NCBI GenBank assembly: GCA_013265495.1
Contig: MU058540.1
Location: 829,696-893,695 of the forward strand
DNA length: 64,000 bases
From: Vicugna vicugna
Lineage: Eukaryota
Reading direction: 5' to 3'
Part shown: positions 46,830 to 59,673 of the stretch, in pieces
Numbering within the stretch: the first letter of the stretch is position 1
Layout: the number at the start of each line of letters is the position of its first letter
Program-made: the position numbers and the translations under genes
The notes under the pieces: generated by a model
What the model was told of the DNA's origin: nothing
Seen by the model: only the letters and a program-made list of their open reading frames with translations
Database searches by the model: none

Positions 46830-47130
46830 TGACAGGTGAGGAAACCAAGGCTGGCAAGGCGAGGAAGGGCTTGCCCAGGGTGACACAGCTGGCAAGTGGC
46901 TGAGCTGGCCTGGACTCCAGGTTTCTTTCCTGACTTTGGGAACAGCTGTTAGAGCTGCAGAATACTTTGGACCTGGATTCCAACCCTTGGGGGTGTCTGT
47001 TAACACCTCTGTGCCTCAGTTTCTTCATCTGTAAAGTGGAAGCAAACAATCCCTGCCCCAGAAAGGCATCTGTCATCTAGCAGGTATTTAGAAACCAGTA
47101 GCTGTAATTATTATTATTATTATTATTACT
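46830..47130. mobile_element. Two MIR fragments in opposite orientation plus (ATT)n at ~47107-47128
   Basis: acaggtgaggaaaccaaggc..cttgcccagggtgacacagc (minus); ctctgtgcctcagtttcttcatctgtaaa (plus). Confidence 0.75.
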
Positions 47131-47399
47131 AAAATCATTATTGTTGCCAGTACATGACAGTCCCAGATCCAATAGTGATTTTTAAGGGACAGTTTTGCCA
47201 AGCAGCCCCTCTGACAGCTGAGGCTTGGACTCCTATGACCTGGTTGGGGAAGTGGAAACTTGACAGCTGAGATCAGAAGCACAAGACTGAGAAGGTAGCA
47301 GGCGCAGAATCCAAAAGCGGCAAAATGAGGATGGCTTAAAAGGATTAAGATCTGGCATGTGAACATCACCAACTGTCAGCAAAAGGCAGGAAAGCCAGT

Positions 47400-47898
47400 C
47401 GATAACCTGCGGTGGGACTGGATAAGGAAAACCCACCTCCAAATCCCCATTGCCCCAGGAGGAGGGCCCTGGAGGCCTGAGAGGGTTGTCCAGGGACAAA
47501 GATGGCAGCTTGGAGCCAGCCCACAGCACAGGCTGGAATGCTGGTCCAGCCCTGAGTTGTCCAGTGCTGGGAGCCACCCACATTTGGAAAGTTCTGCCTT
47601 GGACAGGAGAGGCCCAGAGTCTGGGCAGGTGTCAGAGGTGTGAACCAGAGGGGGACCTACATCTCCTGGAAGTTGCCAGTGCCCTGTGCCACCTCAGATG
47701 TGAGGCACAAAGTCCAGGCTTTGTGTTCAGAAACTGACCACTGCATGACATAGAATGTTGGGCGAATGGGAGCTGTGTCACAGATTTGCGTTGGCTGGCT
47801 CAGGTTTTCACAGGCAGAGAAATCCATTTCTATCTTGTTTAAGCCACTATTAATTTGGGCCTCTGCTGCACGACACCAATTCTCAGTAGTAACTAACA
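47400..47898 (+). mobile_element. MLT1 LTR (5' boundary uncertain)
   Basis: Ends cttgtttaagccactattaatttggg..taactaaca. Confidence 0.5.
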
Positions 47899-48059
47899 GA
47901 ACCAGCCGCGGCTTCATTGCTCCTCTGCTGGGGTGGGAGGTACAGGTAGCAGTCTCTGCAGGAGTCTCTTTTTATTGTTTTCTGTTTAATCTTGTATTAT
48001 AATTTACTTTTTTAAATAGGTAATAAATGCACATAGTGCAACATTTAAAAGGCACAAAA

Positions 48060-48515
48060 CTGCCATCAAGACTAGGTTTGACTGTAATAGAGACTGTCAT
48101 TTGACATTGGCTGAAACAGGGTTAAAGGATTATTTCTCTCTCATCTGATAGTGTAGAGTAAGCAAACAACCCAGGATGGTTCTACTCGATGCAGAGTTCA
48201 GGGACCCAGGCTGCTTCCAGATCCTGCCCCACCACCCCTGGGTGTGTCCCCTTCTCCCTGGTCCAGTATGGTGGCCATGTAACTGTGTCCCAAGCAATAG
48301 GAAGGAGGCAGAGAAGATAAAGGGGCCAAAGACACACCAGCTGTCTTTTCAGGAAGGTTTTTAGAAACTGCCTCATGATGCTTCTATTTACATTCCATAG
48401 ACCAGAACTTAATCACGTAACCAGCCCAAGCTACAAGAAAGATTGGGAAATGTAGCCTTCCTCCCGGCAGCCATGTGCTCAAGGGGAGAACGGAGATTGG
48501 TGAACATCAGTGATA
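48060..48515 (-). mobile_element. MLT1J-like LTR
   Basis: ttatttctctctca, cagggacccaggctgcttcc, cattccatagaccagaacttaatcac, gggaaatgtag. Confidence 0.75.
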
Positions 48516-48544
48516 CAAAAGATGTAGAGTGAAGAATCTCTGGT

Positions 48545-48970
48545 GGAGATTCTCTGGGAGGGGTAGATAGAGGCTGGATTGCACAGGTGTATACATTTTT
48601 CAGAGCTCAGAGAATGATCTACTTAAGATTTGTGCATTTCACTTTATGTAAATATTATCTCTAAATATGTCTAACAAACACAAAAAGGAACTATAAACAA
48701 ATATTGAGCTCTAGTTACCGATGCGCAAGCAGAAGTGTATGGGGTAAAATATACTGATGTCTGCAACTTACTTTGAAATGCATCAAAAATAAGATGGCTG
48801 GGTGAATGGAGAAAGTTGAAATAAAGTAAATCTAGTGAGATGTCAATCACAGAATTTAGGTGGTGGATAGATGGGTGTTCTCTGTCCAACTCTTTCGACC
48901 TTTCTGTATGCTTGAAAATTTTTATAATAAATTGTTTGTAAAAAAAAAAAAAACAAAGAAAGGAAGAAAA
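48545..48970 (+). mobile_element. Old L1 (L1MC/ME-like) 3' end
   Basis: tactgatgtctgcaacttactttgaaatgcatcaaaaataagatgg..tgaaaatttttataataaa plus A tail. Confidence 0.85.
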
Positions 48971-50449
48971 GAAAAGTCTCCTTTGCTTCCATCCCATCCT
49001 CTCGTCACCCAGATCCTCCCAGCAGCTTCTGTGTATCCCACTGACTGCAGTCTAGGCAAGTACAAACATGCCGCATACACAACAGTCTGTCTTCTCCCAC
49101 CGCCAGCTTGCTCCTTGTGCTTTTTGCTCCTTGATTGAGAGAAACCCCTTGATCAAACTCCCCCCTCCCGGGAGCCACTGCCCCCTGAGCTGCCCAGGCA
49201 ATTAAAGAAGGTCCCCTCTAGGGACCACCTCTCATCACCTCAACATCCTCACAGCTTCCCAGTGCCCAGCAGCCCTAGACCCACATCCTACCTGCTCAGT
49301 GAGTCCCATCAGATCTCATCCCTTCCCTCCCCAGACCCCCACCATCTATTAACTACCACCATCTTCTTAGAAACTTCCTGCCACCTCATGGTCTTACGGA
49401 ATCCAGCTGATTCCTTCCCAGTAACTCCTGGACCCTCCCCACCCCCATATTTCAGGATAGATGGGGCCAGGGGGCATCCTCCTGGGCTCGCTCTCCTTGG
49501 TCTCTTGGTCCTCTTGGTTTGGATCTTTCTTTTAGGCTCTTGGCCCATGGGTTTCTTTGCCACTCTTTCTAGTTGGCCCTCTCATGACTCCAACATCCAC
49601 CTGGTGACCCATTCCAGAGAAGAGGCTCTGCTGGGCTCCAGGGACATAGCATCTTGGTGAGATCTTGAAAGGGGAACAGGGTTCAGGCAGGCGGAGAATG
49701 GGAACACACCCCCAGGGCACAGGTAAAGGCTGGAGGTGGGAGGCAGCAGTCTCAGTCAGAACACAGTGATGTGGCTGGGGTGGCTGCAGTCTGGGGAGGA
49801 AGAAGCAGAGTGACAGGAAGCCACAGAGGGAAGGAGGCCTGGGGGCCGGGACACCACACAAAGGAACAGCTCCTTACTCAGGCAGGTAGGGGAGGGCAGT
49901 TTAAGGGGGAGGGCGTCCACCCCATCAGAGGTTAAAGAGGGCAGAGCCACCCCAGGCCTCCAGGGAGGTGTGGGGTGTGAGGCTGAGAGGGAAAGACATT
50001 TTTAATTTTGAAAGGCGTTGCTTGACTCCCCTCCATGGGGGTTTTGGCAGCCTCCAGCTCTCTCCAATGAAGTCTGAAAAGCCTGCTTTGTTCATGCAGT
50101 TTCTGAACATGGTACTCGGCCTCGGTGCCTGGGGACCCGACCAGGTATTGATTTTCCCCCAGAGGGTTTGCAGAGAAGATTTGCTCAATCTTCAGGTCGC
50201 CAGGGGAACACCACTCCAAAGCCCCATTCCCTCTGCCTCTCCCTCCCTTCCCTCCTCCTCCTGCAGCTTCCTGCCCCTCACCAGGCTCACAGCTCCATCC
50301 TCTGGGCTTCAGCCCAGGCACCGCCTCCTCCTGGAAGCCCTACCTGAACTCCCGCCCAGGGGTGAGGAGCCCCTTCTCTGTGTGCCCATACTGCATGGGC
50401 TTTGCTTCACTCCAACCTATCTCTATGTGTTACAGTTCTTGGTTTAAGT

Positions 50450-50660
50450 GCTTATGAAGAGAAAGCAAAGCCAGAGGAGAGAGGCCTGGAGAGTGTCTGC
50501 TATTTTAAATGGGGTGGTCAGAGGGCCCCTCTCTGAGACATTTAAGCAGAGACTAGACGGAAGTGAAAGGGTGAACCAGGTGGGTATCTGGGGAAAGAGT
50601 GGTCCAGGCAGAAGTGACAACAAGTGCAAAGGCCCTGAGGTAGGGGTCTACTTAGCACCT
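50450..50660 (-). mobile_element. L2 fragment
   Basis: tattttaaatggggtggtcagagg..tatctggggaaagag..aagtgcaaaggccctgagg. Confidence 0.85.
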
Positions 50661-51652
50661 GGTGTGCATCCTGAATCCTGAGTGTATCCTTGGTCTCTGT
50701 CGCTCTCACTCTCGCTCTCTTTCACTCTCTCCAGCAGCAAGAAGGAAAATGTTGGACCAGATTCAAAGGGAGAGAATCAGGCCAGCTGCCCTAGTACTTC
50801 CTCCCTTTGGGTCCCCCCAACCTGCAGCCCTGGACCCCTCTGCCAGCCCTGCCTGCCCTCCCTACTTAACAGGTAGCCACATAAGCTGCTTCCTGCCAGG
50901 AATCCAGAGGATTGCCTTATTTGCCTGCCAAGTCCCCTAATTTTTTACTCAAAGCCAAATACCATAATGCCTAACTGCCTGTAATGGGTCTCCCCAACCT
51001 GGGTTCTGTGGGCCAGGAACCAGACTGGGGCAAGTCCTCTTCCTGCAAAGGGCCTGGAGCTTATGGCTAAAAGCCCAGTAGAGGGTTACTGGAAGAGAAG
51101 CCCCAGGTGCTCCACTCTGAGGCCAGCTGTCCAAGGACGGTTGGTTTCCCAAGGAGGTCACCGGGGATAGGGGGGAACCACGAGGCTGTGGAGACAGGCT
51201 GCCCGGGCTTGCATCCGGCTCTGTCTCCCACCAACTGCCCACCGTGGGCAGGCTGATTTCCCCGGGGCGCCGCTCACCTATGAAGTGGGGGTGATGATAG
51301 GGTTAGTGCGAGGTCTAAAGGAGACGCATCTTAGCCTGTGGTTCTTAGTCCTTGTGAAGTGTTATCAAAGTGTTTTTTAAGTAAAAAGGAGAGTGCTTAG
51401 TAAAGTGTATTTGAAAACCACTCTCTTACATGTAATTGTATTTAAAACGTTCAGTAGGAAAAAGGTTTGCCCCCTTTAAGAGTAATCTGGGAAGAAACTG
51501 CTTTGTCAGCACAAAGTCAGTGATTAGGAAACAAAGCAGGAGTTGCCAATGGTTTAATTAGCTCCTTTTATTACTTTAAGGCCAAGCGCAGAGGCCTGCA
51601 CAGGTGGGAGTGGCGATCTGCCTGGGAAAGGCCAGCACACCTTGGTTTAGCG

Positions 51653-51666
51653 GCACCAGGTGGCGG
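51653..51666 (+). promoter_or_regulatory. Candidate CTCF site
   Basis: GCACCAGGTGGCGG vs CCASYAGRKGGCRS, 1 mismatch. Confidence 0.45.
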
Positions 51667-51816
51667 GGACCCCCACCTCAGCCTTGGCAAACAGGCTGAG
51701 CTGAATGCTGAATTGGCAGAGCCTGGGTTCTGTGGATCAGGGGCTCAGTCTGTAGGCATCTGACCCTCAACAGCTAAGGAGGCCCAAGGCAAGGGGGACT
51801 GTGTGGGTGCCAGGGC

Positions 51817-51877
51817 CTGGCTGGCTCGCTGGCCTCGCTGGCTGGCTGGATGGATGGATGGATGGTTGGATGGATGG
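51817..51877. repeat. Compound (TGGC)n/(TGGA)n microsatellite
   Basis: Directly visible. Confidence 0.8.
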
Positions 51878-52162
51878 AACATGATATAAGTGTACTGAGA
51901 GAATGAAAAGTCCAATGGTAACAAGAGGAGTAGAAAGTCAGCAAGCTACATGGGCCAGGCTTCCACTGCCTATTCAAACTTTCGGCCCAGACATCATCTT
52001 TCTTTTTCCATCTCTTTGATTACTAAGGCACACTCTCAGTTTGTCCTTAAAAGGAAAAAAAGCATGACCAGAGGGAGGTGGGCATGAGTCTGCGCCTTTG
52101 CAGTTCTTTGTCCACGTTGGTGGCATCAGTCTTCCCTTGAGGGCAGAAACAAACGTCAATAT

Positions 52163-52280
52163 GACTTATTGAGCACCTAACAAGTGCCCTGCAGTGTATA
52201 TCCTTCACTTCTCCCAACTGCTGTCCCACACTGAGACCATACTCCCATTTCACAGATAGGAAAACTGAGGTTCAGTGACT
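52163..52280 (-). mobile_element. MIR SINE
   Basis: ttattgagcacct..cccatttcacagataggaaaactgagg. Confidence 0.8.
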
Positions 52281-52539
52281 GCTCTGTGAAATTGCTAACC
52301 ATGGAGATGTCCCACAGAGGAAGAGGGATGTTCAGCAGTCAAGACTGAGGCTGGGGTCCTGGGTCCCCCCTCCCCTTCTCAGATCTCTCCACCTGCCCTT
52401 CTCCCTCTCCCAGAGCCTGGTCCCTGGGTGCGCCCCTGAAGAGCTGCAATCAGGTAACAGACTCCAATCACAGGGATGGAAGTTAATTTCCACCAAGTGC
52501 CAAAATGCAGTGGGGTTTAAAAGAGAAGGCAGGATGTCG

Positions 52540-54325
52540 GGAAAAATTAAAGACATTCATAAAGGGAGAGGTATACCACATTCCTGCACTAGATGACTCA
52601 GTATTGGTAGTGTATCAGTTCTCCCCGAAATGATCTGTAGATTCAGCACAATCCCAATCAAAGTCCCAGGAAGCCTTTGTAGAAATTGACAAGCCAATTC
52701 TAAAATATATACGAAAATGCAAAAGACCTAAAATAGCCAAGGCAATCATGAAGAAGAACAAAGATGAATGACTTAAACTACTTGATTTTAAAACTTTCTA
52801 TAAAGCTACAGCAATTAAGACACGGTGATAATTTAAGGTTTAAGGGTAAACAAATATATCAGCATAAGAGAATAGAGAGAATCCAAAAATAGATCCACAC
52901 ATACAGGGTCAGTTGATTGATGACAAAGACACCATTGCAATTCAGTGGAAAAAGGATTTTCTTTTCAATAAGAGATGCTGGATCAATTGAATCATATAGG
53001 AAAAAAATGAAGTTTGATTCCTACCTCATATAATAAAATTAATTCTAAATGGATCATAGATCTAAATCTGAACAACAAAACAATAAAGCTTCAAGACAAA
53101 ATATGAGGATATTTTCATGACTGAGATAGGCAAAGATTTCTTAAACATAACACAAAAATCACTAAATACAAAGAAAATAATGGATTTTTATTGAAATTTA
53201 AACATCCATTCATCAAAAAACAACCATAGTGAAAAGGCAAGCTACAGACTGGGAAAAACTATCTACCCATACATATATTGGATGAAGAACTCCTATCCAG
53301 AATATATAAAGAGTTCCTACACATCAAAAAAAAAATTAAAAATGACCAAAAGACTTTACCAGGCACTTCGCAAAGAAATCCAAATTAAGCTATGAAAAAG
53401 TGCTCAACATCATTAATCACTAGGAAAATGCAAATTAAAACCAAAATGAGGTACTACAATATATCCACTAGAATGGCAAAAAAGGAAAAAAAAATAACTG
53501 ACCACACCAAGCATTGGTTACCACAGAACAACTGGAACTCTCATACATACACTGCTGGTAGGAATGTAAACTGTACAACCACTTTGGAATACTATTTGAC
53601 CCCATCTTCTAAACCTAAGCACATATCAAACAGAAGACCCAACAGTTTCACTCCTAGGCATTGACTCAAGAAAAATCCAAACATATTTTTATAAAAAGAC
53701 ATATGTAAGTATGTTCGTAGCAGTTTTATTTAGAACAGCCCCAAACTGGAAAGAACTTAGATATGCATCAAAGAGAGAAAGAATAAATAAGGTATAATAT
53801 AATCATTCAATGGAATATTACTCGGCAATGAAAAGGAACCAACTATTGATACATACAATATGCATGAATGTCACAAATATTATGCTGACTGAAATAATCC
53901 AGACACAAAAACTACATACAGTTAATTCTATTTATTTGAAGTTCAAAAACAGGCAAATAAATTTATGGTGATAGGATAGTGGAGGTTAGTTATTGACTAG
54001 GAGGGGCCATGAGGGAACACTCAAATCTGGAAATTTTCTATATCTTTAAAAACATTTTTTTTACTAACTTTTTTGTTGTTTGTGGAATTTTGGTTGGGGG
54101 AACTAGGTTTATTTGTTTAGTGGAGGTACTGGGGATTTAACCTAAGACCTTAAGCATGGTAAGCACACACTCTACTGCTGAGCTGTAACTTCCCCCCTTA
54201 TATCTTGATTTGAATAATGGTTACATGGCCGTGTGTATGTGTAAAAATTCATTAGACTCTAGACTTGATATTTTTGCGCTTTACTGTGTTTGTATTCTCG
54301 CAATTTTTTAAATTACAAAAAGAAA
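52540..54325 (+). mobile_element. Old L1 (L1MB/MC/ME-like) 3' ORF2 and 3' UTR
   Basis: gattcagcacaatcccaatcaaa, gaaattgacaagc.aattctaaaat, ctataaagctacag, ggaaaatgcaaattaaaacc, gaagttcaaaaacaggcaa. Confidence 0.92.
54047..54198 (-). mobile_element. tRNA-Ala-derived SINE (Vic-1-like) inserted in L1
   Basis: ggaggtactggggatt..agcatggtaagcacacactctactgctgagct; TSD tatatctt at 54039-54046 and 54199-54206. Confidence 0.85.
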
Positions 54326-55513
54326 CAGAAGCTATGGAGGCTAAGGTGACCAGGGGCTCAGGCTCTCTCCCCTACAAGGGCCCCAAAGCCCAGGAGATAT
54401 GAAAGGGGATGAAGTGTGTGCCTTTGATGTGTCCTTCGCCCTGCCCTTGGCCCTTCCTCTGTCCACCTCTTATTTCCCCACCTGTAAAAACGGTGTCAGA
54501 ATTTGACACAGGAGGAAGACTCCTAAGTGTTGTGTCTGTCACACGGCCCTGGGTGCTCTGATTCCAGAGGGGCCTCTGCCTTTCATTGCCTTTGACAGTT
54601 TTGACAACTTTGGAATTTGAACATAACTGTTGGTAAAGCAAATGATTCTTTTCCATCGAAATGCAAATGAATTTTGTCTGGTAGGAGTGCAAACGATTAT
54701 TGACCTGTAGCTACTGATCAGCTCTCATTTATTAGTAAATTCACTTCCTGGTAGCCTGCCTATGGATCTGCCGTTTGGATTCTTCTTTGAACCTGTTGTA
54801 ACATCTTACTGATTCTGGCTTTAAATAACAAGTTAAAGCCTTAGACACGTATTTATCTTCTTTTTATATGGGAGTCAGGATTTGTTGTCACGTCGTCTCA
54901 TCCCAGCTCCCTCTCTAGCACCCCGTCTTCCGGGTGAGACATCAGGCTTCTGTCCATCTCCCACCCAAGTTCAGGAAGGCCTGGGCTCCCTGGAGCCGTT
55001 GGTTTTTCAAGTCCACCCACATTATTGAGGATCTGGTGATTGCTGGGCTCTGGGAGGGAGATCCAGGTCTGACCCCCAGGCTGGGAGGAAAGACCGAGCC
55101 AGTTTACAAGATTTTTCAGGACCTCACTTAATCTCTGCAATGACCCTTCAAGGCAGCAGTCTTTGTTATTAATATTGCTATTCATACCTCTACTTAGTAT
55201 AGGAAAACCCAAGCGCAGAGAAGTGAACCAAGTTGCCCAGGGGTAGACCCAGGACTCAAACCCAGGTCTCTAAATCCATTAGAACCACTCACTGGGTGCT
55301 CAAATATCTGTTTCACATGGATCAGCACCTCCCAGCCCCACCAGCCCCACCCCTGGGGGACACTGAGAGCCTGAGTTCCCACTGCCCAGCTCAATACTTT
55401 TGTCCCACCAAGCATCCTGGTCCCATGGTGGGTACCAGAAGGAGGGAGGGGGCTGAGAGAGGAGGCCACAGGGGCAGGAGACCCACCCAAATTTTGGCGA
55501 GAGGGGCTGGCCC

Positions 55514-55542
55514 TGTGTGCGTGTGTGTGTGTGTGTGTGTGT
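55514..55542. repeat. (TG)n microsatellite
   Basis: Directly visible. Confidence 0.9.
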
Positions 55543-56229
55543 AAGGCGCTGACCTTCCCACTGAGGCAGAGCCTAGAGGGGTCACTGGCTGAGTGGAGAG
55601 CCTGGGGGAGCTCTGGCCAGCATGCGAAGACCCTAAGAACTAAACAGCTTCTTGAGCCTTCAAAGGCAGTTTTTTCCCAAGAGGGACACTGGGCTGTTGC
55701 CACGCGAGGCCGAGCCACACAAAATCAATGGTGCTTGCTAATGAGAAGCCACTGGGAGCAGGGGTGCTGACCCAGGCACCCCAGTTCCCTCCAGCTCCAG
55801 AATCTGCTTCATCTCAAACCCAGACCAGACCAGTCGTTCCCACTCCCAGTCCCACCTGTACACCAAGGGTCTCTCTGGAGACCAGAGCAAAAGCCAGAGG
55901 CCTCGGAGGCAGCCAGGGGGCTTGAGGGCAAAACTGAGGGACTGCAGGGGCAAGAGGATGACAGTCAGGCCAGAGAGTGGCCGTGGAATAGTAAAAAGAG
56001 GTGACCTCCTGGCCCACACATGCATCCTATTTTACAAAGACTAGAACACAGAAGGAAACCACTAGAGATTTTCACCCTCCTGTGCTTCTGGCCAAGGATC
56101 CAGACAGAGAAGCTGCAGGAGGCCAGGAGCTCCTGGGCTGGGGCAGAGGGAAAAGGAGAAACAAGCCTGCAGGGAGGGCCTCCCCCTCCATAAAACCCCG
56201 CACAGGTTTGAAGAATAAGAGTTGACACT

Positions 56230-56450
56230 TCTTGAAGACTTCTGTGCCAGCCTTGTTCTAAGCTCTATACACCTTGAATCATTTCATCCTCACCACAGTG
56301 CTGAGGTCAGTACAAGTACTAACTCCATTTTACAGATGAGATCATTGAGGTGCAGAGATGTTAACAAGCCCAAGACCACGCAGAAGTGGTGGAGGCAGGA
56401 ATCAGACCCAAGGAGCCAAGCTGGCCTATTCTCCCATTTCTGCCATGCTG
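56230..56450 (-). mobile_element. MIR SINE
   Basis: catttcatcctcac..ccattttacagatgag..tgaggtgcagaga. Confidence 0.8.
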
Positions 56451-58399
56451 GAATGTGGGGTCCCTCCTTCATCACTGAATATTCATCAAGTATTTACAGG
56501 GGACCCACCATGTGCCAGTGTCAGTGTGTTGGCCAGGCACTGGGACACTACACAGCAGACAAGGCTCCTGTTCTTACTTGGATCACAGTCTAGGGGGCTC
56601 CCCAATGCTGGGGTTGGGGCGCAGCAGCTTCTATGGTCTCCATGGCGACGCGAGGAGGTGGGAGTGGGAAGGAAAGAGGCCTCCGAGCATTGATCTCGCT
56701 CTAGTCAGATTCAATCCCGAGTGAAAATGGATTTTTTAATGCGTCTATTAGCTGCTTTGAAAATGCAAATTGAGTTCAGAGAATATGGAGGCTGCCATCA
56801 GAAAACAATTTGGCATCTGAGGCCCTGGGAGGCAGGGGGTACCCCAGAATCAGAATCCCCCAAGCCTGAGCTTAGCCTTGGTGAGGGGGAAGGGAAGAGG
56901 CACCCTGGGGACTTTACTCCTCAGCCCAAGGGTACGGGGATCTTGTGGAAGACGTGAGCTAGCTCCTGTATGGAAAAGAGCAAATTGCAGCCCCAGAGGG
57001 ATGCCAGTTCTCATCAAGGGCACAATCCCGGAAGACTTCCTGGATGAGGCAGGAGCCTTTGAAGACTCACATTGGGCAAGTTCCAGGCTCAGGCGAAAAA
57101 TAATGCCCAATAAGCTTTGGCCAAAGTGCTTTACAATTTATAAGAGGCTCCCTCCCTAGCTCTTAGTTTACTCCTCTTCAGGGCTACAGAGAACAGGTGC
57201 ATGAGCCCATTGTACAGTTCAGGAAGTCGATGCTGGGGAGGCATGTTGCCAAGATCACTCAGGCAGGGCCAAGGCTAGAATTCTCAATCCCTGTTTTGTG
57301 AGACCCACTCCCTAGTGGGGAAAGGAGCTGCAGGAGCTGGCCTGGGCCAGAGAATTTGGGGAGTTGGGGGTTGGATTGGCGTGGTTGCAGGTGGGGAGCA
57401 GGGCTAACGTCTCAGTTAGCTTTCAAGGAGGCTAAGGAGGAGGCTGGGGGAGGCAGTAAGTGGAAGGGCGGGATGGAGGGGTGCGGGTCAGATACACAAT
57501 TTCTTCTCTCCATTGTCATTCGCTGTTCTGTGGGGCCTTCTTTGCATATGCAAATGAATTCATCCTCCTGCAATTACACAGTAATCAGGAGCAAATTACC
57601 TTCTTGCTGTTTACTTTCAGCGTCTTTAATTAATCTGGTTATTAGACGATTAATGAAGCTTGTTTGGCGAGAAATTCATAGCAAGAATGGAGAAGGGGAT
57701 GTGTGTATGTGTGTGTGTATGTGTGTATGAAGAGGGTGGGAGATGCTGTACTTATCCAGAAAGAAAGGCAATTCTTGGGTTTCCCCTCAGCTTTTTCAGC
57801 CTCTTTCCCACGCTCCACAGTTTCCCCACACACTCCCAGACCCACCTCTCCTTTCCCCTTTCCCACCAGTCCCAGTTTCCTCTTGCAGCCCATCACCTCC
57901 TCCAGGAAGCCTTTGTTGATTGGGAAGGTGGCCTTTAAGAGTCCCTTGAAGGCAGTGGCCCCTAACAAGACTGGAGATCAGGAGTCAGTTTGCAGGCCTT
58001 CTCTATAGCCCCCAGGGCCCACTCCAGGCACCTGAATTCCCATACTGCCTCCTGTTCAGTGCCACCCCTAACCCCAGACTGTGTCTAGGCAGTGTTCCAA
58101 AGGTAGCCCTCTCCCCACTCCAGGCAGAAGTAACCTCCACAGCCCGTGGACCAGGCCTCTGCCCAGAGGTTACTGAGTATGGCCATCACCCACATCCACT
58201 CCCACACCCACACGTACTGGGCTGTGAAACCACCAGGCCCAGTTTGAGAGAACATTAAGATCATATTTCTTTTAATAATTTCACAGTAACAGTCTGAGTT
58301 CCCACATGCTCATGCTGGCAGCAGTTAGGATTTCTCTGAGGTACCCTTCCCTAAGTAGTTTCAGGGCATCCCAGGGACATGTGTTCATGTGCCACTGTT

Positions 58400-59100
58400 T
58401 TATCCTGGGGTGATCTGTAATCTGATTTATTTTCTATCCAGCTGCTTTTAAGATCTCTTTGGATTTCTGCAGTGTTTCTACAGGCTACAGTGTTTCTAGG
58501 TCTGGGTTTCTCTTTATTCACTCTGCTCAAATTCTTCATGCTTTCTTCCCAGGATTTGACTTTTTAAATCATTTCTGGAAAATTCCTAATCAACATCATT
58601 ACGTTGCCTCCCCCAGTTCTCTCAGTTATCTCCTCTGTAATTCCTAGATAACATTTGTTAAACTCCTTATTCTATATCCTATATCTTTTTTCCTCTTGTT
58701 CATGTTTTTCTGTCTGTGCTGCATGATGGTTAATGATTTCTTCTAATCTATTTTCCAGTTCACTAACTACCTCTTCAGCTGTATCTAATCTGCTGTTTAA
58801 CTTATCTATTGGGTTTTACATTTCAACATTATTGGTTTCATTTCTGAGACTATTTGTTTGTTTTCATATTTGCCTGATTTTCCTGGTAGCATCTTGATTT
58901 CTCTAAACATTTTAAACCAGCTTTTTTTTTTTTAATTTTCTGGATCTGGTCATTCCAATATCTTCAGTCTTGAAGGTCTAATTTGGTCATTTGTTGTTTT
59001 CACTGACTTATTCATAATCGATTGTTTCCTCATGTGCTTTGTAATTTTATATTGCAAACTCAAGCTTAGCTGGGTCCTCCCCTTGGGAATCCTGCACAGC
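58400..59100 (-). mobile_element. Old L1 (L1ME-like) 5'/ORF1 remnant
   Basis: T-rich antisense: gctgcttttaagat, ttttccagttcactaa..ctcttcagctgtatctaatctgctgtttaa. Confidence 0.75.
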
Positions 59101-59479
59101 AGGGGTTGGGAGTGTGTCCCTTCCCAGAGAATTTACTTCTGCTTCAGCCACATGCCCCAGGAGCTACCAACACACTTGGAGTTAATTTCACTACTTGGAG
59201 TTTCCTGGAACACATAGGTAATGCAGATGTTTACCCTAAACCCCTGTGTAGGCAGACCTGTGGTTACAAATTTAAAGGCTTTTCTTTCTACCTAGAGCAT
59301 AAGCTGAAACAGACAACTATTCTTATCATTTCTCTTTGCCACTGGAGGATTTTTTTCTCTATCTTTTCACAAAAGGTATAGCCTTTGAGAGCCTTGGTTT
59401 TTTAGAGGTCTCAGTTACAGCTCCCCATGAGTGCCCACAGCCTGTCTCTTTCTTCCTTAAACCTCAAGCCTCTAGACCT

Positions 59480-59673
59480 TTGTTTCTGGAGCTGGACAAC
59501 TTTGTTCCCCAGGAGACATTTCTGGTTGTCACAACTGAAGGAGGGTGTGGTTTTGGCATCTAGTGGGCAGAGGCCAAGGTTGCTGCCAAACATCCTACAA
59601 GGCACAGGATAGCCACCCTCAACCAAAAATAATCCAGCCCCAAATGTCAATAGTGCTGCTATTGAGAAACTCT
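59480..59673. mobile_element. MER20 hAT-Charlie element
   Basis: gagacatttctggttgtcacaactg..ggcatctagtgggcagaggcca..aaatgtcaatagtgctg..ttgagaaactctg. Confidence 0.88.

Noticed and set aside
53428..53435. Octamer ATGCAAAT copies in L1 (also ~34159, ~38184)
   Set aside because: Lie within L1 sequence; excluded from the regulatory argument
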